Counted from the stretch's first letter, positions 47,185 through 57,162 are shown. The stretch is DNA of 64,000 nucleotides from an uncultured Planctomycetota bacterium (GCA_963752285.1 CAVVXN010000001.1:544001-608000); one strand, 5' to 3'. The notes: generated from the letters alone by a model not told the origin. Program-made: numbers and translations.

Positions 47185-48234
47185 TCAGAGCGGGGGGCGC
47201 GCGACGATCGGCCCGACCCGTGCGCCGGCCGGCGGGTCCTCGGAGTCCACGGCGGGGCGGACGACGTTCCCGCCGACCTCCTTCGCGCGTCGGAGCTCCT
47301 CGTTCGCGGCCTGGATCATGTCCTCGATCGTGCGCGGCATGTCCCTCGCGTTCGCGGCGACGCCCACGCTGATCGTGAGCGGCTCGGGGAGGTCCTCGGT
47401 GGTGCTGCGCGCGATCTGGTCGCGGATGCGGTCCATCGCGGCCACCGCCGACTCGATGCCCTGCGCGGCGAGGATCAACACGAACTCGTCGCCGCCGAAG
47501 CGGTACGCCGGCTCGCCCGACTTTCCGTCGGGACGGTACACGAGGTCGCCGCGCCGGCACGCGTCCCTGAGCATCGTGGCCACGAACCGAAGCGCCGCGT
47601 CGCCGACGCGGAGCCCGTAGTCCTTGTTGAAGCGGCCGAACCGGTCCACGTCCACGAGCGCGATGGCGAAGGGCGCTTCGTAGCGCCGGTCGTTGGCGTC
47701 GAGGACGTCGAGGTCCTCGCGCAGGCGGAGACGGTTCGGGAGTCCCGTCAGGGCGTCGAGCCGGGCCTGGTCGAAGAGCTCGCCGTTCTGCTTCACGAGG
47801 GAGGCGTTCCGGCGGGAGAGCGCCTCGACCTTCGTCTCCAGCTCGCGGAGGCGGCGGTAGACCGTCCGCTGTTCGAGCGCCCGCTCGACCACGCCGAGCA
47901 GGTCGGTCAGGTGCCAGGGCTTCTCGAGGATCGAGAAGGCGCCGCGGCGGAGCTCGCCGAGGGCCTCGATCATGTACTCGACGCCCGAGGTGACGACGAC
48001 CGGCGTCCGCCACCGGAGCAGCTCGTAGACCTCGGCGAGGAACGCGGCGCCGGTCATCCGCGGCATGTGGAGGTCGCAGATGATCAGGTCGTAGTCGACC
48101 TCGGCGGCGTGGACCCGTTCGAAGCCCTGGCGGCCGTCCTGCGCACGGTCCACCGCGTGACCGGCCTCCTCCAGGACGCGCGCGAGGACGTCGGCGACCT
48201 CGGCCTCGTCCTCGAGGATCAGGATGTGCGCCAT
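47185..48234 (-). CDS. Response regulator diguanylate cyclase (REC-coiled coil-GGDEF)
   Basis: ILILEDE, CDLHMP, KP; DALTGLPNR, DVDRF..FN..YG, GGDEF, TISVG. Confidence 0.92.
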   Translation of the reverse strand: MAHILILEDEAEVADVLARVLEEAGHAVDRAQDGRQGFERVHAAEVDYDLIICDLHMPRMTGAAFLAEVYELLRWRTPVVVTSGVEYMIEALGELRRGAFSILEKPWHLTDLLGVVERALEQRTVYRRLRELETKVEALSRRNASLVKQNGELFDQARLDALTGLPNRLRLREDLDVLDANDRRYEAPFAIALVDVDRFGRFNKDYGLRVGDAALRFVATMLRDACRRGDLVYRPDGKSGEPAYRFGGDEFVLILAAQGIESAVAAMDRIRDQIARSTTEDLPEPLTISVGVAANARDMPRTIEDMIQAANEELRRAKEVGGNVVRPAVDSEDPPAGARVGPIVARPPL

Positions 48235-48491
48235 GCCGCCCCCCTGGCCGTTCCCCCCGGTCCAATGGATCGAACGCCGGCCTTCAAGGACCTTCCGGTG
48301 GTGAGGGTGTCCCAGGATCGGCCGGGTGGCCACCCCGGCTTGCCCCCGCCGGGGGCCCCACCCGGCACGGAGACGTAAGCATCGGAGGAACAGCGACTTA
48401 TAACATGGATCCCCGCCGACACGGGCGACCGTCCCTCGGCCACGGCCCCGTCCCGTGGCGGGCCGCGGGGCCGCGGCCGACAATCCGTCGC

Positions 48492-49523
48492 ATGTCCCGC
48501 GCCGCGCGCCGTGCTCCGCCCGCCCTCTTCCTGGCCCTCGCGCTCGGCGCCTCCCTCGGGGCGCGAGCGCCGGAGGGCCGCGCGGGAGACGAGGCGGCCC
48601 TCCTCCTCGTGGCGCGGATCCCGCTCGTCGGCGTCGGGGGCCGGATCGACCATCTCTCGCTCGACGCCGCGGGCCAACGACTCTTCGTGGCGGCGCTCGG
48701 GAACGACTCGGTCGAGGTGGTGGACCTCGCGAAGTCGGCGCGGTCGGGGCGAATCGAGGGGCTCCACGAGCCGCAGGGCGTGCTCTGGCTCGCCGACCCG
48801 GGCCGGCTCCTCGTGACGAACGGCGAGGGCGGCGACGCGCGGCTGTACGGGCCGGACCTGGCCGAGGCGGCGCGCGTGAGGACCCCGTCCGACCCCGACA
48901 ACGTACGTGCGGGTACCGGAACGGACGGGGCCGGGCGGGCCTGGCTCGGCGCGGGCGGCGAGTCGTCGGGCGCGCTCGTCCTCGTGGACGCGCGGCGGGG
49001 AGAGAAGCTCTCCGAGATCGCGCTCTCGGGCCACCCCGAGGCGTTCCAGCTCGAGGCGGACGGGCGCCGGGCCTTCGTGAACGTGCCCTCCGCGCGTGCC
49101 GTGGAGGTCCTGGACCGCGACGCGGCGAAGGTCGTCGCGCGGTGGGCGCTCCCGCACGGCTCGAACTTCCCGATGGCGCTCGACGAGGGGTCGGGCCGGC
49201 TCTTCGTCGCTTGTCGGCGCCCTGCGCGCCTCGTCGTCCTCGACACCAAGACCGGGGCCGTGGTCGCGGACGTCGAGGCCCCGGGCGACGCCGACGACGT
49301 GTTCGTGGACGCCGCCCGCCACCGGGTCTACGTCTCAGCGGGCGCCGGCGTGGTGCGCGTCTACGCGCGGGGCGAGGGCGAGGCGCTCGACGTCGTGGGC
49401 GACGTCCCGACCGCGCCGGGCGCGCGGACGTCCCTCTTCGACCCCGACGGCGACCGCCTCTACGTGGCCGCGCCGCGCCAGGGGAAGCACGAGGCCGAGA
49501 TCCTCGTCCTCCGGCCCCGGTGA
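48492..49523 (+). CDS. YncE/YVTN-type beta-propeller secreted protein
   Basis: Signal peptide; GRIDHL, RLFVAALGND, NFPMALD, DADD.F.D, GARTS. Confidence 0.8.
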   Translation: MSRAARRAPPALFLALALGASLGARAPEGRAGDEAALLLVARIPLVGVGGRIDHLSLDAAGQRLFVAALGNDSVEVVDLAKSARSGRIEGLHEPQGVLWLADPGRLLVTNGEGGDARLYGPDLAEAARVRTPSDPDNVRAGTGTDGAGRAWLGAGGESSGALVLVDARRGEKLSEIALSGHPEAFQLEADGRRAFVNVPSARAVEVLDRDAAKVVARWALPHGSNFPMALDEGSGRLFVACRRPARLVVLDTKTGAVVADVEAPGDADDVFVDAARHRVYVSAGAGVVRVYARGEGEALDVVGDVPTAPGARTSLFDPDGDRLYVAAPRQGKHEAEILVLRPR

Positions 49524-49557
49524 CCGTTCGCGGTGCGCGCCACGGCCGCGCGCCCCA

Positions 49558-51975
49558 TCAGCGCGGGTGCACCACCGGGGCGAGGAGGGTCTCGACCGGC
49601 GCGTCGTCGTCGGTCAGGAGCCGGTGGCCGGTGCGATCGAGGAGCTCGAGCACGTCGCTCTCCGGCGCGACCCACGCTGACGCCCCGAGGACGGTCTCGA
49701 TCGACGCCGGGAGGTCGTCGAGCCGGCGCTTCGAGGCGACGATCACGTAGGTGTCGCGCGCGGTCCGAGGGCGCCGGCGCGTCATCACGCGCACGTCCGG
49801 GAACACGCGCCGGAGCGTCTCGACCATCGCGCCGAGGAAGCGTCCGGGGTCCCACGCGTCCACCACGTTCACCAGGTAGAGGCCGTCGGGCGCCATCGCG
49901 CGGTCGAGGGCGCGGTCGAACTCGAGGGTGGTGAGCTGGAAGGGGACCGCGATGTGGTCGAACGCGTCGCCGATCACCAGCCCGTACGCGCCGGCGCCCG
50001 CCGGGGCGTCTTCCACCCAGGTGCGCGCGTCCTGGTGGACGATCTCGTGGCGGGGGTCGTCCGCGAGACCGAGGTACCGCCGCGCGGTCTCGGTGACCCA
50101 CGGGTCGATCTCGACGGTCGTCACACGCAGGTCGGGCCCGCCCTCGGCGAGCAGGTAGCGCTGGAAGGCGTACGCCCCGCCGCCCAGGAAGAGGCAGCGT
50201 CCATGGTCGCCCGGCGCGCCGAGTCGGTCGAGCACCGCGGCGTACGTGCGCTCGTACTCGTATCCGAGCCAGGCCGGGTCCTCGAGGTCCACGTACCCGT
50301 GCGTGAGCCGGTCGATCCACAGCGTCCGGTACGACTCGTTGGCGTCGCGGTGGAGCGCCTCGACCGACACCTTGCCGGCGGCCGACGTGACGATGTCGAG
50401 GAGTCGCTGGTGCTGGGCCTCGCTCATGGGGCCCCGCCAACGGAGCCGCCCGGCCTCCTCGTCGTAGAGCGCGTGCCAGTCGAGGACCGGGTCGGCCGCG
50501 ATCTTCACGATGTCGAGCTCGTCCGGCATGCGCACGGAGATCTCCGGCTCGGCGACGGCCACCCGGATGCGCGCGTGCCGGCTGTCCTCGAGCGCCACGA
50601 GCTGCTCCGGCTCCTCCACGAGCCCCATCGCGCGTCCGGCTTCGCGGAGCGACGCGAACGGACCCTGGATCAGCATGGCGAGGAGCACGAGCGCCAGGTG
50701 CAAGACGTACGGCTGACGGCCTCGGATCATCCCGCTGACCGACGCGAGGCCGAAGGCGAGGCAGAGGATCAGACGTTCCCGCCCCGCCCACGGGATCAGC
50801 ACGTATCCCACGAGGATCGCGCCGGCGACGGCGCCCAGCGTCCCGATCGCGTAGTACAGGCCGACGACGCGGCCGTCGTCGCGCGGGCGCCCGAGCTCGG
50901 CGCGAATGATCACCGGGGAGAGCGTCCCGAGCGCGATCGAGGGGAGGAGCAGCGCGAGGGTCGTCGCGGCGAGGACCGCGCCCGCCCACGGGACGGCGGG
51001 GTCCTTGCCCCACGTGTTCGCGAGCGAGAGGACCCACGGCGACCAGAGGAGCGACGCCGCGCCGATCGACGCGACGAGGAAGAGCCAGCGGAGAAGGCGT
51101 CGTGGCGGCAGGCGGTCGGCGAGCGCGCCGCCGAGCACGCCACCGATCGCGAGGCCGGCGAGGACGACGCCGATCACCGCGGTCCACGTGTAGATCGACG
51201 CGCCGAGTCGCTCCGACGCCGCGCGCCCGCCGAGCACCTCGAGCGCGAGCACGGCGGCGCCCGCGGCGAACGCGAGGCCGAGCCCCACGCGCCCCGGGAC
51301 CGCCTCCGGGGCCGCCTCGACGGGGGCCGCGTGGACCGCGCGCTGCCGATCCGACCGTGGCGCGACCAGCCCCGCGAGGAGCAGCGCCGTGGCCGTCGAG
51401 AGGAGCACCCCCGAGATCCCGAGGGCGGGCAGGAGGACGTACCCGGCGAGGAACGTCCCGGCGACGCTCCCGAGCGCGCCGGCGGCCGCGAGGGCGCCCA
51501 GCCGGAGCCCCGGCCTCGCTCCGCGCGCGAGCCAGTCGCGCGCCAGGGCCGGCGGCAGCGTGCCGAGGAGCGCGGTCACCGGGAGGAACACGATCGGCAC
51601 GGCGACCAGCGCGCGGAGATCGGGGGAGAGTCCGTGGAACGGCGCGAACGCGAGACCGGCCCAGGCCCGCGTGACGGCCGTGAGGACCGCGGACGCGAGG
51701 AAGAGCGCGGGGAGGAGCCAGGGCCCGCGGCGGTCCGCCGCGCGGCCTCCGAAGCGGTTTCCGAGCGCCAGTCCGAGGAGGAACGTCGCGATCGTCACGA
51801 CCCAGGCGGTCGCGCCGGACCCGACCCGCGGCGCGGCCATGCGCGGCGCGACGATCTCGAGCACCATGGCGGCGGCGCCCGCGAGGGCCGCGAGCGCGAG
51901 GAGGCGCGCGGCGCCGAGGGCCGCGCGCGCGCCGCCGCGCGTCCCGGACGAGGTCCCGATCTCGACGTGCGGCAA
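49558..51975 (-). CDS. Fused membrane (MFS-like) / spermidine synthase-like SAM-dependent protein
   Basis: GGAGG RBS then TTG; two tandem membrane modules (GAA.M.LE..., GS..GT); LGGGAY, VEIDP, DAR, DAF, TDDDAPVE. Confidence 0.85.
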   Translation of the reverse strand: MPHVEIGTSSGTRGGARAALGAARLLALAALAGAAAMVLEIVAPRMAAPRVGSGATAWVVTIATFLLGLALGNRFGGRAADRRGPWLLPALFLASAVLTAVTRAWAGLAFAPFHGLSPDLRALVAVPIVFLPVTALLGTLPPALARDWLARGARPGLRLGALAAAGALGSVAGTFLAGYVLLPALGISGVLLSTATALLLAGLVAPRSDRQRAVHAAPVEAAPEAVPGRVGLGLAFAAGAAVLALEVLGGRAASERLGASIYTWTAVIGVVLAGLAIGGVLGGALADRLPPRRLLRWLFLVASIGAASLLWSPWVLSLANTWGKDPAVPWAGAVLAATTLALLLPSIALGTLSPVIIRAELGRPRDDGRVVGLYYAIGTLGAVAGAILVGYVLIPWAGRERLILCLAFGLASVSGMIRGRQPYVLHLALVLLAMLIQGPFASLREAGRAMGLVEEPEQLVALEDSRHARIRVAVAEPEISVRMPDELDIVKIAADPVLDWHALYDEEAGRLRWRGPMSEAQHQRLLDIVTSAAGKVSVEALHRDANESYRTLWIDRLTHGYVDLEDPAWLGYEYERTYAAVLDRLGAPGDHGRCLFLGGGAYAFQRYLLAEGGPDLRVTTVEIDPWVTETARRYLGLADDPRHEIVHQDARTWVEDAPAGAGAYGLVIGDAFDHIAVPFQLTTLEFDRALDRAMAPDGLYLVNVVDAWDPGRFLGAMVETLRRVFPDVRVMTRRRPRTARDTYVIVASKRRLDDLPASIETVLGASAWVAPESDVLELLDRTGHRLLTDDDAPVETLLAPVVHPR

Positions 51976-52218
51976 CGGCGCCTCCGGGGCGGGAGGGTAT
52001 CCCCCGGACGACGCCAGGGCGAGCCGCGGCGGCGCGCTCCCGGTCCGGGGGCGCCGGCCGCGCGGCGGACGCGCCGTCCTCGCGTTTCGGCGGCGTAGCC
52101 GTCCGTGCCGGGGAGAGGACGAGCCGCGGCGTCCAAGGGGGGTCCGCGGCGTCTCGCCCCCTGGCCCCCGCCTTGCGTGGGGAGGCCGACGTCGTACCCC
52201 CGTCGAGCCGCCCGCGAG

Positions 52219-52890
52219 ATGAAGAAGGTCCATTCCTGGCTGGAACACGAGGCGCGGGTCGAGCGCCGGCGCCTCGACGCCGGCGAGCCCGGGATCCGCG
52301 TGGACCCGAAGACGGGCCGTCCCGACCTGCGGTCGGAAGAGGGACGTCTCGAGCTCACGCGACGCCTCACCCGCGCGCAGGTGATCCGGGAGGCCGTGTT
52401 CTGCGCGCGAACGCTCTCGCGCGAGGTCCCGAGCGCACTCGACCCGTTCGCGGTCTTCCTCGAGGACCCGCACGACGACCTCGTGATCGAGGTGCTCGAA
52501 GCGTTCGGACAGTGGAAGGCGGACGCGGTCCTCCCGGCTCTGCTCGCGCTGTACCTCGCGTATCCGGCGCCGGACCGCGTCGCGTCGCGTGCGCTTGCCC
52601 CTCCCGACGCGGCCGACGACGCGGAGCGCCGTGCGTGGACCGCGCGCTTCGGGCATCCCGACAAGCGGCGTCCGCGCCCGCGCGTGGTGGAGGCGCTCCG
52701 CGCGTGCCTTCTCGAGATCACCGGACGTTCGTTCGCGTCGCCGGAGGCGCTGGCCGCGTACGTGGGTCGGGAGGCGCCCCGGATCGACGCGTGTCGAGAT
52801 TTCGGACTTCCTGCCCGAAAGGGGCCGAGATCTTGCGACGCGCCACGTCGGGCGAGCATGCCCCGGACGGCGCGGGACGGCCGTTCCTGA
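52219..52890 (+). CDS. Hypothetical helical (HEAT-like) protein
   Basis: Plausible codon usage; helical L-rich segment ending ALRACLLEITG..F. The start may lie further upstream. Confidence 0.45.
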   Translation: MKKVHSWLEHEARVERRRLDAGEPGIRVDPKTGRPDLRSEEGRLELTRRLTRAQVIREAVFCARTLSREVPSALDPFAVFLEDPHDDLVIEVLEAFGQWKADAVLPALLALYLAYPAPDRVASRALAPPDAADDAERRAWTARFGHPDKRRPRPRVVEALRACLLEITGRSFASPEALAAYVGREAPRIDACRDFGLPARKGPRSCDAPRRASMPRTARDGRS

Positions 52891-52978
52891 GCCGATCGGC
52901 GCCACACTTCGTCCAACGCTGAGCGCCACGCGCGCTTCGCGGTACGCTCGCACCGACGAGCTCGACGAGGCCCACGCC

Positions 52979-54514
52979 ATGACCCTCACCAAGTCCACGG
53001 GAACCGCGCATCGCCAGAACCCCGCCGCGCGAGAGCAGCTCCTAAGTCTCCGCGCGCGCCGTGGATCCGTTCGAACGCGTGGGCTCTCGGACGAGGTCAT
53101 CGAGCGGTTCCTCGAGCAGGACCCTTCGCTCGCGCAGGCGATCGACCTCGCGTGGCAGGCCGCGCGCGAGTGGGGACGTCGTTACCCGGACCTCCTCGAC
53201 GCCGACGAGGCGGAGCAGATCCGCGCGGTCCAGGACGGGATCGTCAACTTCTACGGCCGGGATCTCGTGAATCCGTACGTGGCCCTCGGCGCCGCGGGCC
53301 CGTGGGTCGTGACGGCGAAGGGGGCCGTGATCCACGACTCCGGCGGCTACGGCATGCTCGGATTCGGGCACACGCCCCCGGCCGTGCTCGAGGCCCTCGC
53401 GCGGCCCCAGGTCATGGCGAACGTCATGACGCCGAGCTTCGCCCAGCTCCGGCTGGTGCGCGCGCTCCGCGAGGAGATCGGGCACCGCCGGGAAGGCGGC
53501 TGCCCGTTCACCGGGTTCCTGTTCATGAACAGCGGGTCCGAGGCCGTGACCGTCGCGGCGCGGATCACGGACGTGAACGCGAAGCTGATGACGGACGAGG
53601 GCGGGCGCTACGCGGGCCGACCGATTCGCCGTCTCGCGTTGCGCGGGGGGTTCCACGGCCGCACCGACCGTCCCGCGCAGTTCTCCGACTCCGCGATGAA
53701 GACGTACCGGGCGAACCTGGCGACGTTCCGCGACCGCGACGCCCTGATCACGGTCGAGCCGAACGACGTGGCGGGTCTCCGGGCCGCGTACGCCGAGGCG
53801 GATGGCCGCGGCGAGCTGATCGAGGCCCTCTTCCTCGAGCCCGTGATGGGCGAGGGCAACCCCGGGATGGCCGTCACGCGCGCGTTCTACGACGTCGCGC
53901 GCACGCTCACCGCCGCGCACGGCTCCCTCCTCCTCATGGACTCGATCCAGGCCGGCTTCCGCGCGCACGGCGTGTTGTCGATCCTGGACTACCCCGGCTT
54001 CGAGGACTGCGAACCGCCGGACTTCGAAACGTACTCGAAGGCGCTGAACGCCGGTCAGTATCCCATGTCGGTCCTCGCCATGACGCCGCGGGCGGCCGAT
54101 CTGTACCGCGTGGGCATCTACGGCAACACCATGACGGCCGCGCCGCGCGCGCTCGCGGTGGCCGCGGCCGTGCTCGAGTCGGTCACGCCCGCGCTCCGCG
54201 AGAACGTGGTCGAACGGGGACGGGAGCTCGTGTCGCTGCTCGAGGACCTCGCGGCGGAGACGGATCTCGCCGGCGCGATCACGAACGTCAAGGGCACGGG
54301 GCTCCTCGTGTCGTGCACGCTCGACGAGAAGCGCTACCGGTCCCACGGCGCGAACAGCACCGAGGAGTACCTGCGCACGCGCGGGATCGGCGTGATCCAC
54401 GGAGGGACGAACGCGCTGCGGTTCACCCCGCACTTCGCCGTCACATCGGGCGAGCTCCGCATGATCGTGGACGCGATCCGCGACGCCCTCGAGAACGGTC
54501 CCCGGCGGGGATAG
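52979..54514 (+). CDS. Class III PLP-dependent aminotransferase
   Basis: NSGSEA, FHGRT, EPVMGEG, MDSIQAG, YSKAL (PLP Lys), GNT. Confidence 0.9.
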   Translation: MTLTKSTGTAHRQNPAAREQLLSLRARRGSVRTRGLSDEVIERFLEQDPSLAQAIDLAWQAAREWGRRYPDLLDADEAEQIRAVQDGIVNFYGRDLVNPYVALGAAGPWVVTAKGAVIHDSGGYGMLGFGHTPPAVLEALARPQVMANVMTPSFAQLRLVRALREEIGHRREGGCPFTGFLFMNSGSEAVTVAARITDVNAKLMTDEGGRYAGRPIRRLALRGGFHGRTDRPAQFSDSAMKTYRANLATFRDRDALITVEPNDVAGLRAAYAEADGRGELIEALFLEPVMGEGNPGMAVTRAFYDVARTLTAAHGSLLLMDSIQAGFRAHGVLSILDYPGFEDCEPPDFETYSKALNAGQYPMSVLAMTPRAADLYRVGIYGNTMTAAPRALAVAAAVLESVTPALRENVVERGRELVSLLEDLAAETDLAGAITNVKGTGLLVSCTLDEKRYRSHGANSTEEYLRTRGIGVIHGGTNALRFTPHFAVTSGELRMIVDAIRDALENGPRRG

Positions 54515-54521
54515 GCGATCG

Positions 54522-54583
54522 CGTTGATTCTGCGAGTCGTTCTCTATTGAAACGACTTCGCATTCATTGTCTGAATCTATTGA
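54522..54583. promoter_or_regulatory. AT-rich intergenic element with inverted and direct repeats
   Basis: TGCGAGTCGTT / AACGACTTCGCA imperfect inverted repeat (54531-54562); TCTATTGA twice (54543, 54576); upstream of the multihaem gene. Confidence 0.45.
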
Positions 54584-54660
54584 CGCGCGTTGTCGGACGC
54601 CCAGGTCGTGCGTAGCCTGGGTGCTCCGGGGCGACCCGCCCCGAGGCGCGGAGTCTCACG

Positions 54661-56064
54661 ATGCGTCAACTCGTCCGCCTCGAACGGTTCCTTCCCCTGC
54701 TCGCCGGCGTCGTCCTCGCGCTCGCCCTCGCCGCGTGCGGTGGGGGCGGGGGTGGCGCGAACGGGGGGGACGGCGGCGGCGACGGCGGCGACGGCGGCGA
54801 CGGCGGCGGCAACCCGACGACCCCGCCCGCGACGAACGCGTCGTACATCGTCCTCGCATGGAACGACCTCGGAATGCACTGCGCGAACTCGAGGTTCGAC
54901 AAGGACGTCATCCTGCCACCCTACAACACCATGCACGCGCAGGTCGTGAAGCGCGGGAACCCGCCCGAGATCGTCACGCAGGGCGTCACCGTCGAGTACC
55001 GGATCGTGGGGAACACGACGTCGTACGACAAGGGGGCCTTCGGAGGTTTCTGGGACAACATGCAGGCGCTGTTCGGGGTGAGCCTGCCGCACGACCAGGG
55101 GCTGAACCTCGTCGATCCGAACGTCCACAACAGCCTCGCGGGAACGATGGTCCAGCTCGGCAACGGCTACGAGGTGGACGGGATCCCCTTGACGCCGATC
55201 GACGACCAGCTCGTCTGGAGCCCGTATCAGGTCGCCGAGGTCACGGTCCGCGACGTCGCGCACCAGGTCGTCGCGCGGACGACGGCCATGGCCCCCACCT
55301 CCGACGAGATCAACTGCGCGAAGTGCCACCAGTCGTCCACCTCGCCCAACGCGCCGCACGACCCCTACCTCAAGATCCACGACGACCGCGAGGGGACGAA
55401 CCTCCAGGCGCGGACCGAACCCTTCCTGTGCGCGAGCGCCGGCTGCCACGTGACGCCCGCGCTGGGACAGTCGGCCGTTCCCGGCGTGAAGTACCTGTCG
55501 GAGTCGATCCACTCGTTCCACGGAGCGCTGGACGGGAGCGAACGGCCGGCCTGCTACGACTGCCACCCGGGCGCGACGACCTCCTGCAACCGGAGCCTCA
55601 GGCACACCGCGGCGGACGGCAACTGCACGACCTGCCACGGGAGCCTGCTCCAGGTCGGGACCAGCATTACGGCGGGGCGCGTCCCGTGGGTGGACGAGCC
55701 GAAGTGCGCGACGTGCCACCTCGGGAGCTCGATCCCCGAGGTGGACACGGGGAGCGTGCTCTACCGGAACGCCATCGGGCACGGCGGGCTGTCCTGCCCG
55801 GCCTGCCACCAGAGTCCGCACGCCATGGTCCCGAGCAGCCACGCGACCGACAACGCGCAGGCGATCCAGTACCAGGGCAAGGCCGTCTCGATCGGCTCCT
55901 GCGCCGTCTGCCACGACTCGTCGAAGGGGCACGGGGTCGGGGAGTTCGGCGAGGAGCACGGCGGCACGAACCCGCGCCGCCAGACGGCGTGTCACGTCTG
56001 CCACACGGCCGTGGACGCGACGCCGACGCGGTGGCCGCACCAGTTCAAGTGGCAGGCGCGCTGA
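54661..56064 (+). CDS. Multihaem cytochrome c lipoprotein (7 CxxCH + 1 Cx4CH)
   Basis: Lipobox LAAC, G/D linker, WNDLGMHC; CAKCH, CASAGCH, CYDCH, CTTCH, CATCH, CPACH, CAVCH, CHVCH. Confidence 0.9.
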   Translation: MRQLVRLERFLPLLAGVVLALALAACGGGGGGANGGDGGGDGGDGGDGGGNPTTPPATNASYIVLAWNDLGMHCANSRFDKDVILPPYNTMHAQVVKRGNPPEIVTQGVTVEYRIVGNTTSYDKGAFGGFWDNMQALFGVSLPHDQGLNLVDPNVHNSLAGTMVQLGNGYEVDGIPLTPIDDQLVWSPYQVAEVTVRDVAHQVVARTTAMAPTSDEINCAKCHQSSTSPNAPHDPYLKIHDDREGTNLQARTEPFLCASAGCHVTPALGQSAVPGVKYLSESIHSFHGALDGSERPACYDCHPGATTSCNRSLRHTAADGNCTTCHGSLLQVGTSITAGRVPWVDEPKCATCHLGSSIPEVDTGSVLYRNAIGHGGLSCPACHQSPHAMVPSSHATDNAQAIQYQGKAVSIGSCAVCHDSSKGHGVGEFGEEHGGTNPRRQTACHVCHTAVDATPTRWPHQFKWQAR

Positions 56065-56343
56065 CGCCGCCAGAGGGGCCCGGAGCGAGGGATCGGCCTC
56101 CACCGCCGGCGCCACGCACCCGGGCCGCCGCGGGCGCCCCGGACGGGGACGTCCGAGCGCCCCGGCTCGGAGGGCCGTCCCGAGCATGGCCCCTGCGGCG
56201 ACGGGGCGCACGGCGCGGCCGGGGCGGCGGATCCTGACGCGGAGCCGGGTCTTCGGCCCGCGCTGTGCGCCACCCCGCGGCGGCGGCCTTGCGGCGGACA
56301 CGGGGCCCCTCCTACGCTCTCGGCACGGCGAACCGGCGAGAGG

Positions 56344-57162
56344 ATGGTGATGATGACGCGCGCGAAGGGCCATCGGGACGCGAGGCGGCGGCGTCGGGTG
56401 TGGGGGCCCTTCCTGGGCCTGGCGCTCCTCAGCCTGGTGTTCATCGGGAATCCCGGGTGCGGCTGCGGCGACGACCTGACCCCGGGCCTCCTCTCCACGC
56501 CCTGCTGCTGCACCTTCGTCTGGTATCCGCAGCCGGACCTCGCCAACGCGTCCGTTGAGATCGTGGTCGTCAACGGGGGCGCGACGCTCTCACCGGTCAT
56601 CACGCCGTCCGCACTCGTGGGCGTGAACACCGACCAGCCGCAGACCTTCACGGTGTGCGTCGCGCCCGACCACGCGCTCGGTGCGCAGGTCGGCATCGAG
56701 TTCCGCGACAGCGGCACGGCGACCGTCTACGGCAGCGCGCAGATCGTCTACAACGTCCAGTGCGTGCCGACCGTCATCGAGGGCGCGAGGACCCCGCTCT
56801 TCAGCCCCAACTGTGGCGGGGTCGGAACCTGCTGCTGCGACCTCGAGTGGACGAACACCTCCCCGGTCGGGGCCACGTTCAACGTCCGCGTGGAGCTTCA
56901 GAACGCCGACGCGTCGCTCGGCGCCACGGTGACGCCGTCGGTCGTCACGAGCGTCGGTCCCATGGGTACCGCCTTGTTCCAGATCTGCGTGAACGAAGAC
57001 CACGACCTCGGCGCGACGATGACCGTCAACATCGTGGACGACGACACGGACCAGGTCCTCGAGTCGGCGTTCCTGAGCTACGACCAGCGCTGCACGATCA
57101 CCCAGGTCCCGCCGCCGCTGGGGCTGGTCGCCTCGTTCAACTTCATCTGCCCGAGCGAGTGA
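56344..57162 (+). CDS. Cys-rich exported protein with two internal repeats
   Basis: Basic N-terminus, hydrophobic helix, then GCGC; two beta-rich repeats each beginning CCC. Confidence 0.7.
   Translation: MVMMTRAKGHRDARRRRRVWGPFLGLALLSLVFIGNPGCGCGDDLTPGLLSTPCCCTFVWYPQPDLANASVEIVVVNGGATLSPVITPSALVGVNTDQPQTFTVCVAPDHALGAQVGIEFRDSGTATVYGSAQIVYNVQCVPTVIEGARTPLFSPNCGGVGTCCCDLEWTNTSPVGATFNVRVELQNADASLGATVTPSVVTSVGPMGTALFQICVNEDHDLGATMTVNIVDDDTDQVLESAFLSYDQRCTITQVPPPLGLVASFNFICPSE

Noticed and set aside
49558..53100. 1180-aa ORF as a single protein
   Set aside because: The first 375 codons are low-complexity and overlap + strand genes; a GGAGG-TTG start at 51975 fits the family.
54740..54810. GGCGGCGAC tandem repeats
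   Set aside because: They simply encode the Gly/Asp linker of the lipoprotein.
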